Below, one piece after another: positions 47,295 to 58,141 of a DNA stretch of 64,000 nucleotides. The notes under the pieces are model-generated. The model did not search any database, had not been told where the DNA came from, and was given only the letters and a program-made list of their open reading frames with translations. The DNA comes from Piedraia hortae CBS 480.64. Taxonomy: Eukaryota. How positions within the stretch are numbered: the first letter of the stretch is position 1; the number at the start of each line of letters is the position of its first letter. A program made the translations under genes and the position numbers. Location of the stretch: the NCBI GenBank assembly GCA_010093745.1, contig MU005972.1:62001-126000 (forward strand), read 5' to 3'.

Positions 47295-49319
47295 ATGTCA
47301 AAAATGAGCCATTTGCCGATTATATCGAAGCCTTCCACGCCGGCATCCAAGGATACAGTCAGCAGCAGTGGAGGATCCAATCAGTCATTGTCTAATCAGT
47401 CACGAGCTACACCGCCGTCGAATTCCCGCGCAAACCCAAGCTCAGTGGCCTCTGGTTCTGCTAGGAGTAATAAGGGCGGGAGGCCAAACCACAAGTCGAG
47501 CAGACGATTCAATCCACAGTCTGTTACCGCAATGACCGAGGAAGACCAGGCTGTCGCTCGAGTTCTCGGACGCCGGGGAAGGGCTGCGGATATCACTCAC
47601 TTGATGGACTTCTCCTCGCCGTTGAGCCATCACCAGAGTAACTACTACTCCGGGGCGACTGGGAGGAGCCGCGGGACAAACAGAGACGTCCTTAGTGCAA
47701 AGTTTTATGCAGGTGGACATGCTTTTGACCAGGCCAGGTATGTCCATGCCAACTACCGTTTCATTGTTCATCCGGATGGCGACTACCACGCACAGGCTGC
47801 GGATGCAGACGTCTACTTGGACTGGAGCACTGTCCTTCAGGTTGTTGCTTCCTCGAAAACGCAAAGTGCAGCTTGTCCAATCTGTCTAGGTGATCCAGTC
47901 GCTGCGCGTATGGCGAAATGCGGACACATATTCTGTCTTTCGTGTCTGATTCGATTTATGCATTTTGGGGTTGATGATACTAGGACTCAGTCGCAAAAAA
48001 AGTCCATGTCAAAAACCTGCCCTATATGCTGGGAACGCATCTATCTATCTGATGCACGACCTGTGAAATTTTTCTCTGGGCAGGAAGTGGATCACCCTAA
48101 AAACGGCCAATCCATCGTTCTACGTTTGCTCAGAAGGACTCCCGATTCGACTTTGGCTTTGCCCCGGGATGAGGCCATTTCAAACACTAGGAACTGTGAC
48201 GTTCCTTGGTGTTTTGCTTTAGGTGCCATGGATCATGCCCGGATCATGAAGGGTAGTAAAGATTATATGATTCAGCAATATGACGAATTGATTAGCATAA
48301 TAAAGGTATCAGAAGAGGAAGATAGGGTCATGTTTGACGAAGACTCTGTATGGACGCGTCGAGCAATCACAATGCTAAATGATGAAAAGGCCATGGCTAG
48401 AAACATTGCAAGTTCACCACAAGAGCGTGATGAAGAGGCACTGGGGCCTGACATGGCTGAAAGCGAGGAGTCGAGACGAAAATATGACGGGCAAAAGAGA
48501 TATTCACTCCGTCCAAAGTCCTCAAATCAGCCTACAGGAACTCAGCCTGCACAAAACAGTCCAACTTGTCTTCCAAGATCTATACAGGATCTACGGCAAC
48601 CAGAAAAACCACTGCCAAGCGAGTACTTATTTTACCAAGCGTTGCATCACTATTACCTTTCGCCATTGGACATAAGTATCCTCAAGTCGACCTACGGCAC
48701 GTTCAACGCCTTTCCACCCGAGGTTTCCCCACACGTTGAACACGTATCATCTGGATTTGTTGTAAATGAACAGCTTCGCAAAAGTGCCAGATACCTGGGG
48801 CATCTTCCACTTGGGTGCGAAGTTAGTTTTTTAGAGTGCGACTGGACCGGCATCGTTCCAGCTAAGGTGCTCAAGAACTTCAAAAAAGTTCTCGACCGCA
48901 GGCGAAACTTGCGTGAGGAAAAGAATGTCCGCGAAGAAAAAGACAGGTTGAGAGTGGAGCTGGAAGCTGAGCGCGAGCTATCAGACCATTACCAACATGA
49001 TGTATGGTCTTTATCGGCCGATCCCGCCTTTAATGCTGATTCTCTTGAGGCTTTCCCGCCAAACCGCTCCTTCGCGCCAGTTGGTACCGGCCAGTCAGAT
49101 TCTCCGAACACAACACGGACAGTTTGGGGCACGGTTGCCGTTGGACCTTCGAACTCATATGAGTGTCAGAGTATGGAACAGGAGCAAGATGACGGATGGA
49201 TGACAGCTATGCAGGAGTTGGAGGTGTTTGATGCTTCACACCAGAAATCTGGGAGTAAAAGGAGGAATAAAGGGAAGAAGATAACGCTCATGACTACGAA
49301 TGCGCGACGGGCAGGGTGA
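47295..49319 (+). CDS. MAG2: C3HC4 RING E3 ligase, Mag2/RNF10-like
   Basis: ITHLM, YVHANYRFIV, CPICL..CGHIFCLSC..CPIC, YLSPLDI, RYLGHLPLGCEVSFLECDW, KKITLM C-terminus. Confidence 0.88.
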   Translation: MSKMSHLPIISKPSTPASKDTVSSSGGSNQSLSNQSRATPPSNSRANPSSVASGSARSNKGGRPNHKSSRRFNPQSVTAMTEEDQAVARVLGRRGRAADITHLMDFSSPLSHHQSNYYSGATGRSRGTNRDVLSAKFYAGGHAFDQARYVHANYRFIVHPDGDYHAQAADADVYLDWSTVLQVVASSKTQSAACPICLGDPVAARMAKCGHIFCLSCLIRFMHFGVDDTRTQSQKKSMSKTCPICWERIYLSDARPVKFFSGQEVDHPKNGQSIVLRLLRRTPDSTLALPRDEAISNTRNCDVPWCFALGAMDHARIMKGSKDYMIQQYDELISIIKVSEEEDRVMFDEDSVWTRRAITMLNDEKAMARNIASSPQERDEEALGPDMAESEESRRKYDGQKRYSLRPKSSNQPTGTQPAQNSPTCLPRSIQDLRQPEKPLPSEYLFYQALHHYYLSPLDISILKSTYGTFNAFPPEVSPHVEHVSSGFVVNEQLRKSARYLGHLPLGCEVSFLECDWTGIVPAKVLKNFKKVLDRRRNLREEKNVREEKDRLRVELEAERELSDHYQHDVWSLSADPAFNADSLEAFPPNRSFAPVGTGQSDSPNTTRTVWGTVAVGPSNSYECQSMEQEQDDGWMTAMQELEVFDASHQKSGSKRRNKGKKITLMTTNARRAG

Positions 49320-51719
49320 TGATCTACTTTTGCAGATCATTTTTACGTAGCCTCAACAATTACTTTGTCCAACGTGGAAAACTCCTTCACTTGCTCCTCT
49401 GTAACCCGGGGACCGGGATGTACCTACCCTCGCCTAGATGTACCTGTATGGCCTAGATTTTGCTATCGGGTTCCACTTCACCAGCCACGGCAGCCGACCA
49501 GGGTATCACAAGTTCGACCACGGTCGTGGAATGTTGTCCAACAAGGAAGGTGAGCTGCGTACGGTGCAATCTTGCTTAGCTGGGCTTTTCACCTGCTTCT
49601 ACCTACGCCGGAAAAAAAAAATCAGTAGGTGACGTAGTTTAAGAACGCTGTTGAAGATACCCACTAGCATTGCATGGGAGATACATCTCATTGAGTCCTT
49701 CACTAGGGCCTCGAGACTTCAGTCAATTGGGGTGCGGGACACGAGCTTTCCCGGAGTCTGAGCGCCCACACCAAGTACAACATTTTTTGAATTGTTTCTT
49801 TCTTTCGTTCTTCCTCAGCGACTTCACTGTGAGTCTCGCCTGACTCCTACTACACGCCCTTACGAACCACAGTCTCCAACCCGGCTGATAAGTCGATTCA
49901 CGGTGCCTTGGGGTGGGTGCCACTTGCACTCTGTGCTAGCCTTTGGGTAGATGCATTGCCTGCGACGATCTCGACTCGGCTCTGCATCTGGATTCGTGCC
50001 AGCTCTGTCAGGAGGGCAATGCTGGATGTCTGACGGGCCTTTTCTTTCATCAAGAGGTTGGATTGGATCTGAGACTTGGAAAAGTTCATTTCTGATAATT
50101 GCACCACTTGGCATTGGTACAAAAACATTTTATCCGTCTTCAAAACTCCTACGCGCCTCCTTTGGAATAAAGTCGCACAAGCATATGAAGCATCCTGTCG
50201 CTAATGCTCACAATATTCTGTATATTACACTCTCATTTCTGGCTTAGTTGAACCTGCAAAGCAATTCAAGGGTTGGGATTCAGGACGATGTCGCTGTGCT
50301 CGGCTATACACGGACAGTCGTCATGTTTCGGACCCAAAGAAACATGGCGAACGTCTCACAATGAGCTGTTTTGCAGACGCAAAACTTTCGGTTTGTACTT
50401 TGTTGCATGGATCAACAACATCGTTTCCTTGCTAAGCAGCGCTCGACAAAGGCTCCGTGTTCCTGACACTGCTAGCATAAGAAGAGCACACAGGCAAGCG
50501 TACCCTCATCTTTACAGATTGCTTCCTCTGCAGTTCGATCTTGGTACCGTTGAACAGGTTTGGTTTAGAATACTAGAGCGTAATAAGCCCATACTGACAA
50601 ACAAAGTCAGCCCAAGCTATCTACCAATACCTTCCGAGGCTCCCATCTCTCCTGAATATCTCCAAAGAGTCCTAATGTGGAATGTATCCGATGGATCGTG
50701 ACCCTAGCTGAGTGTCTGAAGGTGAGATGGCGAACAAGAAAGAGAACTATAAAGCTCGGATTGTCTGTGAGAAATCGAAAGGTTGGCCGGGCAGCCGAAG
50801 GGAGTGAAGCTGGAATGTGATGTTTCAATGGTGAACTTAGATTTGGGAGGGTTTACTTCCTCGAAGCAAGTTGCTGCCTCGCCTAAAGGAGCAACTCGAG
50901 GTCAGTTTACGAAGGCGAATGAGGTTTATGTTTCAACATGCTACAAAGGGTCTGTCTGCAGACCACGTTATTTTAGCTTCAATCATGCCACGAAGCAGTC
51001 CAGACACAGTATTGCAATAACAAGCCCATACACCATACATAATGGTGATTGATGGTCATGAACAACTCTCGTATCAGCCGAATACCCCGTATACACCCCC
51101 TGCACCCAATTGTTCACCAAAGTGCCAAACGTGCAGTATAATGTCCATCTCAATGACTGCAAGCACAGTCAGCCGCAGCTCCACAAGCATGCAAACCCAG
51201 TGAGACATGCATCGAATTTGAACAATCTCAATGAGAGTCAGCAATAGATCGACATAAGCCTCTATTATTTCGCGGAGAGTAGGGAACCAGAATAACAGGA
51301 GGAGCAGGAGTCATAAAAGCAACAAGTCGTTTCCTGTTTGATGGAGTGAGTGTTTGGAAGAGTGCGAAGGGGTGATATGCATTGCCGAACAGGCGACGCA
51401 TGTGTTGTGTGGGTGACAGTATTGTTTGTTGTAGGATATCCATCTGTGCAGGTGAGCGTATATTCCGATTGAGGAAGGTGCGGAGCTTGGCATTATGTGC
51501 ACATAGCGTTTTGGGAATAGAGTTGAGTGCAATCGAAAATCACATTAACGTGATTGGTAGAAGACAACCCTTTTCGAGGGCATCGGCCCTGCGTGTATCG
51601 GAGAATTAGCAGGTCAGACTGCCTGACGAGAACGGGCACATGTGCTGTCCAACCGATTAGCTGCATGCATATAGCATTTTTAGACATATACAATGGTTGA
51701 CAGCCCGACGTCTATAAGT

Positions 51720-52703
51720 TTAGCTCCCCTTTAACTTTTCCCTCGCCTCAACCAGCCGTCTCATTCCCATGAGTCCAATCCAAACAGCCTCCTCCGTCCT
51801 TATAGTCCTACTTCCCTGTCCCTGAAGCAAGTTAACCCACCGATCAAAAACCTCATGCACCTGTACGGCTTCCAGAACAGGATCGTTGCGTACAGCAGTT
51901 TCCAAGCCCGAAACGCCTCCAAAGAAAACGATACAATGCCTCCATCGGGGAATCGTCTCTTTCAGTTCCCCCAAAGGAGAGCCACGTTCACTCGTTCCGA
52001 TTGAGAAATCATATCCCCCATCAAACGGACATTCGGTAAAGACGTCCGAAAGCGAACTTGCAAAACGCGTCGCATACCCCCAGTAATATCCGTCCTCTTC
52101 CCTTGGGGTAGCTGGGTGGACGGCTTCGCCGGACTTGGCATCGGGAGACAAACGCACCGTGACGCGCGTTCCTGGGTCGATTACATCCTCTCCCTTGAGA
52201 CGGAGGGGCGAGGGGAACCCGACATTAACATAGCAATTTCCTTTCCCACTAGGGGGGGCCTCAACGACCACACCTTCCCTGTATCTGCACTCCTCGCCAG
52301 GCTTCAGGTGGTGCGGAGCGTCAATCGATTGAGTCGCTCCGGCAGATTTAAGATCGGGATGGATGCCGAAAAGGCTCCTTCGCAAAACCGGTGGGGTCTC
52401 GAGGAACGTCAAGAGACGGTATAAGAAGAAATTTGGGTCTGTGTATGCGGTGTAGCCGTCGGATTCGGGCGGCTGGATTTTGACGGTGCGGTCATCGAAG
52501 ACTACAATTTCGTCGACATTGAACACAGTGCTTGCACGAGCGATGGTGCTGGCTAATAGCGTTTTTGATTCATGTGTCTGCGAGTTGGAAATTATACTTC
52601 CTGGTAAGGCGATGCTTAATGTCCACGACCTCGGGCCTTTGGGTGTGAATGAAGCGGTGGGTTTAGAAGTGTCTACCTTCTGACTTTGAGTAGGAGTAGA
52701 CAT
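51720..52703 (-). CDS. SPOUT methyltransferase (SPOUT1/C9orf114, YGR283C-like)
   Basis: LSIALPGSII, FNVDEIVVF, FLETPP, YWGY, IGTSERG, QGSRTIRTEEA. Confidence 0.9.
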   Translation of the reverse strand: MSTPTQSQKVDTSKPTASFTPKGPRSWTLSIALPGSIISNSQTHESKTLLASTIARASTVFNVDEIVVFDDRTVKIQPPESDGYTAYTDPNFFLYRLLTFLETPPVLRRSLFGIHPDLKSAGATQSIDAPHHLKPGEECRYREGVVVEAPPSGKGNCYVNVGFPSPLRLKGEDVIDPGTRVTVRLSPDAKSGEAVHPATPREEDGYYWGYATRFASSLSDVFTECPFDGGYDFSIGTSERGSPLGELKETIPRWRHCIVFFGGVSGLETAVRNDPVLEAVQVHEVFDRWVNLLQGQGSRTIRTEEAVWIGLMGMRRLVEAREKLKGS

Positions 52704-53233
52704 TGCTGCAATGAGCGCTTCTTCTTGTTGTGCGTAATCTATCCCTGCTGTGCTGTATGCAATATATACATAGAGAACAATGGTTGAATTAGGCGGTGCG
52801 TGTTTCTAAAGTTCAACAGTCAGATAAAAAGTCAGATCATGTGACCAACCCCACATTTCTGGTCGAATCAAATTGGCGATGGATCTGGCACACTTCTTGG
52901 CATGATTTATCAGTCTACCGTAACTATGACTACACTAACAAGTCGAAGCGGCGGGACTTCCATAGGTTCAGATTATCATGCGTTTTTCCATGCTTGCCTA
53001 GTAGCTGCAAATACGTAGTAAGAGTGGATGAATACAGGTCGGCTTTTCACCACCCACACAACCACTTTGCTTAGGGGGCACTAATGTATACTACCATTTA
53101 TTGCAAGGTTACTTGGGTGAGAACTGGTGGGCACATTTAACATGGATCAATCAATACAAGCAGAGTGGGACACACGAGGCTTCATATAGAACATCTTGGT
53201 TGAACAGAAAACGCCTGGGTATCAAGATTACAT

Positions 53234-55213
53234 CTAATTCGAAGACTGGGTTCTTCCGAGTTGATAATCACTGGTATCGCACCAGAAGCCACTGCCAATC
53301 GAAACGTTCCCGCGATTCCCGAGTGTCTGTTGCAGTCGAGTCTGCGCATCCACGGCAGCATTTTCATCTTCCGTAGCATTAAAGACGTAGAGGACCGTTA
53401 CCCCAGCAAAGTCGACCAACGTGCGCGCCGCGCCAGTCGGAGGTGTTGCCTCCACCGCTGCTTTTTTAGGTGCATTGGTGGCATATACGATGCCGGATTT
53501 CGTGGCGGCCGCGCCTGGATCGTGACTGTTCCATGACAGCGGCGCCGTCTGGAATGTCACCAACGCGTTCTGATCCACACATCCCACCTGCAAGTTTGCA
53601 AATTTCTCCGCCAACGTAACGGAGTCAAGTGCCAGATTGAACTGGCCAGCGGCCTTGACAAGTGCCGGTATCGCTTCACCTATAACCACGTTTCCAGACT
53701 GCGTGCATCCTTGTTCCAGGGTTGATCCGCATGCAGCGCCAGTACACGCGGCCGGGACCCCACGCGAGGTCTGGGTTTCATTTCCCCGGTGAATGTGTGC
53801 AGTCTGTGACTGCGTCAGGACGATTGGTACTGCTATGGCCGCCGATACGAGCATGGCCAATCCAACCAGCAAAGCCATCAGCAGCCAGAGGGGCAGGCCG
53901 CAATAATGCTTTCTGGATGGCCGGTCTCTATCATTACACACACTCTGCGACCTCACTGGCGGTGGGTTCCACTGCGTGTCCTCGACGATTCTGGAACCGA
54001 TGTATGCATGCTCCGGGGGTGCTGGTCGAGGTGGCGGAATCTTGGGATCCACGTTCACCGGTTCAAAACGCGTCTCTTGCTTCGGACTCGGGCTTCGCAC
54101 TTTTTCCATTCGGTCGTCAACATCAACCATATCTAATCGGCTGGCAGTTCTACCTCGATCTAAATTAACAGCCAGCTTGGTTGCCCGCTGAATCAGATCC
54201 GGCAGGCTGGTCAACGAGCCGCGAGCTTCAGCCTTCTTGATGGTGTCAATGCTGATCTCTGGTGGCAGCCGTTGGGAACGGCGTTGGCTGAAGCCATTGC
54301 CTACGGCCACAATGGGGGCTGGCACAGAAGCAGGAGTCTGTTCTGTAGGCGAATAAGTGAAGATGGCTGCCGCATTTGTACGCAAGCCATCTCGGGAATT
54401 CGTGAGTGAATCCTTGGGAGAGCTCTCTAATTCATCTTCTGAGTCCGAGCTGGCATCAATTAAACCAGTGCCGGTTTCGAGGATGCTTCCACTTGGCTGG
54501 GATTGGTGAAACTGCTCTGACCTCGGGCTATACGGGTCGCCGGAGCTTGACTTCCGCACCGTCGTCAAAGTTGGACGGCTCTTGCGGCCCAAACTGGCTG
54601 TACGAACCATGACCGCATCTGAAGCAGGCTGTGGGCCCTGCCGAAGGTGTAGCGGCTGCGGTAGAGGCGGAGCATCGGCAAGGCTGTCGCTGTAGGCACT
54701 GGTTGCCTCAGAGAGAGGCCGCGAACTCGGGTGGGCGAGGCTGGCCCAAGCCGGCGGCGGACCTTCGCGGGGAGACGAGGCAAAGCCAATAGGAATGGCG
54801 GTGCTGCTGGCAAAAGATCTGGTGCTCTCATGGCCGGTGAGATTGCTGCGGCTGGTGAGGCCACTGGCACGCGAGGTGCTCTCGGACTCTTCGGCGATGG
54901 AGTGCACCGGGGCAAGATGCTGGTGCTGGTAGTAAGATGGAGGTCCGCGACGAGACGATGGCGGTGGGCCGAGCGGAGGGCGGATTGGAGGCCGTGGCGG
55001 CTCCAGAATGCCAATATCGGCCTCATCCGGTCGCTGGGGACGCGGCGGAGGTCTCTTCGGCCTGCCGTCTCTGCCGTCTCCAACAGCCCCATCTGGAGGG
55101 GGCGGCGGGGCCGGAAGGGGCCAATGAGAGGACCTGTCCTCACGCTCTCCGCTGGGAAATAAACCGGGCCCTACATGCTGTCCAGCAGCGGAGAAATGAG
55201 TGTGATGGGCCAT
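53234..55213 (-). CDS. Fungal single-pass membrane protein of unknown function
   Basis: Pro/Ser-rich disordered N-terminus, ARGSLTSLPDLIQRATKLA motif, one TM helix (CGLPLWLL..VPIVL), Cys-containing C-terminal domain. Confidence 0.75.
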   Translation of the reverse strand: MAHHTHFSAAGQHVGPGLFPSGEREDRSSHWPLPAPPPPPDGAVGDGRDGRPKRPPPRPQRPDEADIGILEPPRPPIRPPLGPPPSSRRGPPSYYQHQHLAPVHSIAEESESTSRASGLTSRSNLTGHESTRSFASSTAIPIGFASSPREGPPPAWASLAHPSSRPLSEATSAYSDSLADAPPLPQPLHLRQGPQPASDAVMVRTASLGRKSRPTLTTVRKSSSGDPYSPRSEQFHQSQPSGSILETGTGLIDASSDSEDELESSPKDSLTNSRDGLRTNAAAIFTYSPTEQTPASVPAPIVAVGNGFSQRRSQRLPPEISIDTIKKAEARGSLTSLPDLIQRATKLAVNLDRGRTASRLDMVDVDDRMEKVRSPSPKQETRFEPVNVDPKIPPPRPAPPEHAYIGSRIVEDTQWNPPPVRSQSVCNDRDRPSRKHYCGLPLWLLMALLVGLAMLVSAAIAVPIVLTQSQTAHIHRGNETQTSRGVPAACTGAACGSTLEQGCTQSGNVVIGEAIPALVKAAGQFNLALDSVTLAEKFANLQVGCVDQNALVTFQTAPLSWNSHDPGAAATKSGIVYATNAPKKAAVEATPPTGAARTLVDFAGVTVLYVFNATEDENAAVDAQTRLQQTLGNRGNVSIGSGFWCDTSDYQLGRTQSSN

Positions 55214-55562
55214 AACGAACGTCAGGAGTGTGTGGAAGTGCGAAGGGTGAGGAGCGTTTGGGCCATGACCCCTGCTCGTCTCAAGCCACTTACAAACCGA
55301 TATCTATCATGGGCCACTTATCATCATTCACGAAGGGCGATGATGAAACGACATGGCTCTCACACACGCCTTAAGTGCATCACGTGGTCTGGTAATAGTA
55401 CTACCAATATGTGAAGATCATCGCTGCACGCAACAGAGGCGTCGCTGTGAGAAATTGGCTGCAGCAAGTGGGGGTATCTAAATATAACCTGTCAGGCTGA
55501 AACATGTGGCCCCCCCCCCGCCGCAAAAGTTGCTGATCTCCACATTCGTTCGTGAACACCTA

Positions 55563-56803
55563 TTATTGCCTCATTTCCTCGCTGCTCCGCGTACTAAAAG
55601 GGTCTACGGGTCTGACTTCGCTTTGGACCTCAACCACTGTGTGGCTACGCACCCCTCTTGAGTTGAACAGGCGATCCAAACTGCCATCATGACTCCGAAG
55701 TGCAATCTCTTCATCTTTCCGACCACGGCGTCTTCCACGTCTCGTTGGCGTCGACTGCTGTGGATGCGCCGTTATCGTTGTAGTTGTCCCGAATTCCTGA
55801 TGGGACCGCAGCGTGACGAACGTGTCTAAACCTTTGTTGTTGTCCCGGTCGGACGCACGCCCAAAGAGCAAAGTCCCTCGAGTCAGTCCATAGACGACAA
55901 CATCAAGCCAACCAATGCACGTAATCAAAGCGCCCACCGCACACATCAGCGAAACGCTAGGCGTCCAGTGCTCCATGCCTTTGAGACGCACAACGATCAA
56001 TGGCAGCGTACATACCACGTAGACAATGGGGTAGATGATGATTAGTCGTGCCGCTGATCGAGCTCGTAATGCCGTCGAAGGGGTGGCGTAGTAAGAGGTG
56101 TGAAGGCGACGCTGCAAGATGGCGAGAATCGCTCCGTAGATGATAACAGTCCCAAATTCAGCCACAATGACCCAAAAGTAGTGGAGCCAGAGCCGTTCTG
56201 CCGCATACTTGCCGCTCACCCAGCACCAGGGACCGGCGCGAGCATAACTGCAACGCATTAGCAAGTACCGAGAAAGCGTTGGTGCACTTACTAGTCGGAA
56301 GCGTGGGCAGCAAAGCCCGCTACAGCAAGGACGTGTACAAGGCACCATAAAGCCGCCAGGCAGGACAGGAAGGTAACTTGAGGGAGGTGGTAGTCGAATG
56401 TAATGTCGGCAAACAGGTGAATGGCAATGGCTAGAGTGAAGACGCCGCTTGATAGATTGCCAACGCTGATGAACCAGCCTTGGGCGATACAGGCCTTGTC
56501 ACTAACCAGGACCCCGTCCAGGGACACCCAGCGCGAGTTGAGCATGAAGCCCACCGACTGCAGCATGTCGGCAAAAATCAGGTTGTATATTAGGATCAGG
56601 AATTGGCTGACTCGCAGTGTTGAACTTTGACGACGGCGACGAAGCTCAGTAAAGACCTTGTAGCTCAGCCATAAGAAGAGTAGAGTGGATGATATGAAAG
56701 AGAGAAGGCCGAAGAAAGCCACGGCGGTGAGGCCACGACGATGCTCTGGAGAAAGAGGCGAAAGGGAGGCGCTGGCCTGCTGCATCGCCTGTTCGGTGGC
56801 CAT
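55563..56803 (-). CDS. 7-TM GPCR-like protein (Git3/cAMP-receptor-like)
   Basis: LIYNLIFADMLQS, CIAQGWFIS, RAGPWCWVS, RLWLHYFW, YPIVYVVCTLP, GWLDVVVY; intron 56248-56291. Confidence 0.82.
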
Positions 56804-57305
56804 TGGTCTTGATACGCGTTGCTCCTCTGATAAAGGAAGTCGGCGTACTCTATTGGTATTGTTGCGAGGTTTCCCACGCTTCCAAAGTATGTAAATGCGC
56901 TCATAAATGTGTCGCTATGCACGCTGTGAGAGCTTTTTCACTGTGTCGCTGTGCGGGTCCAGTGTCTGTTTACCGTTTAGGTTCGAGAGGTAAGGCCTTC
57001 TTCACTGCTTGGGTTCCCAGTTTTCCGGGCTTGTGCGTTCACAGTCACACTTACAGCAGCCATCCTGATAGAGGGACATTAAATGCGGAAGAAACAGGTC
57101 AGAGAGATTTTTTCGGAAAAGGCTGTGGCCTGACCTGCACCGCCGGTTTTAACAACATCAATGCTGAGGCAGCCGGCAGATTTGTGGTGAACATTGCGTG
57201 CAGACGAGACGAGGCTTACCGGGGTCACTGGTAATACGAGCCCTACCGTAATTATCCCTGACGTGTCAGTTTGAACGATGGGGAGAGCAGCGCTCTATAA
57301 TTACC

Positions 57306-58025
57306 TCAGTCACTGTCACTGTCGATTCCATTGTCGTGAATCTGCTGCTGATCGCTGTCTTGCTCTTTCCCTTCTAGTCGCTTGTCACCGAGCTTCACCG
57401 CTCCCACTGCCACCAGGACCTTCTCCACATCTCCGACGTTGGTCCCGGTGCCGCGGAGCTCCTTGAGAGTTACAATTTGACGCTTGATCTGCTCATTGTG
57501 GTAGATTAGAATCGTCGGGGTGTTCCGATCAGGGTAACCCTCAATGCAGAGGTTCGCTTGCATTTGGCAAAACTTGAGCTCGCCAAATTTGGCCGCCAGG
57601 CATCTCCACAGCTCAGCCATTCTCTGGCTATCTTGGTTGGCACCAGAGCTGCTTGTCAACAGGACCAGGACAAAGGTTTTTTGACTGGCCTCAGTAACTT
57701 CTTTGGCGTATTCAGGCTTTTGCAACGGATAAACCTGGCCGTACACGCTTGCAGCTTGTAGTTCGGCTAGCTCCTGCATCCGCTTACGTCTATATTCATT
57801 GAGAAACTCCTCGTCCTCATCATCCTCCAGTTCATCTAGTTCGTCCAAGTCTTTACCCTCGAGTCTGTTCTCGTGAGCCAGTTGCCTTGCCTGCGTCAAA
57901 GCCTCCTCAATCATGGGAGTCGGCGACGGAGGCTTCTCGGGAATGACACCATGCTTACGCAGAATGTCGTTCCACTCCGTGTCGGCTTGCGGGTCGTCCA
58001 CGGGGACGTTCACTGGCATATCCAT
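57306..58025 (-). CDS. PLP2: Phosducin-like protein 2
   Basis: DTEWNDILRKHGVIP, LDELEDDEDEEFL, KFC..CIEGYPDRNTPTILIY. Confidence 0.92.
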   Translation of the reverse strand: MDMPVNVPVDDPQADTEWNDILRKHGVIPEKPPSPTPMIEEALTQARQLAHENRLEGKDLDELDELEDDEDEEFLNEYRRKRMQELAELQAASVYGQVYPLQKPEYAKEVTEASQKTFVLVLLTSSSGANQDSQRMAELWRCLAAKFGELKFCQMQANLCIEGYPDRNTPTILIYHNEQIKRQIVTLKELRGTGTNVGDVEKVLVAVGAVKLGDKRLEGKEQDSDQQQIHDNGIDSDSD

Positions 58026-58090
58026 TGTGTGACTTTGCGGAAACGCCAAGAAATCCCAAAAGGGCAGCTGGCGACCTCACCTCCACAGCT

Positions 58091-58110
58091 CCCCCCCCCC
58101 CCCCCCCCCC
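58091..58110. repeat. C20/G20 homopolymer in the 116-bp PLP2/SEC21 divergent gap
   Basis: Read directly. Confidence 0.95.
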
Positions 58111-58141
58111 AAATTCGAGGCCTCCGACCTAGCCGTCCACT

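Noticed and set aside
49680..49790. Possible RNase P/MRP or other structured RNA
   Set aside because: GGGAAAGCTCG only loosely resembles CR-I and no CR-V partner was found; needs an Infernal scan
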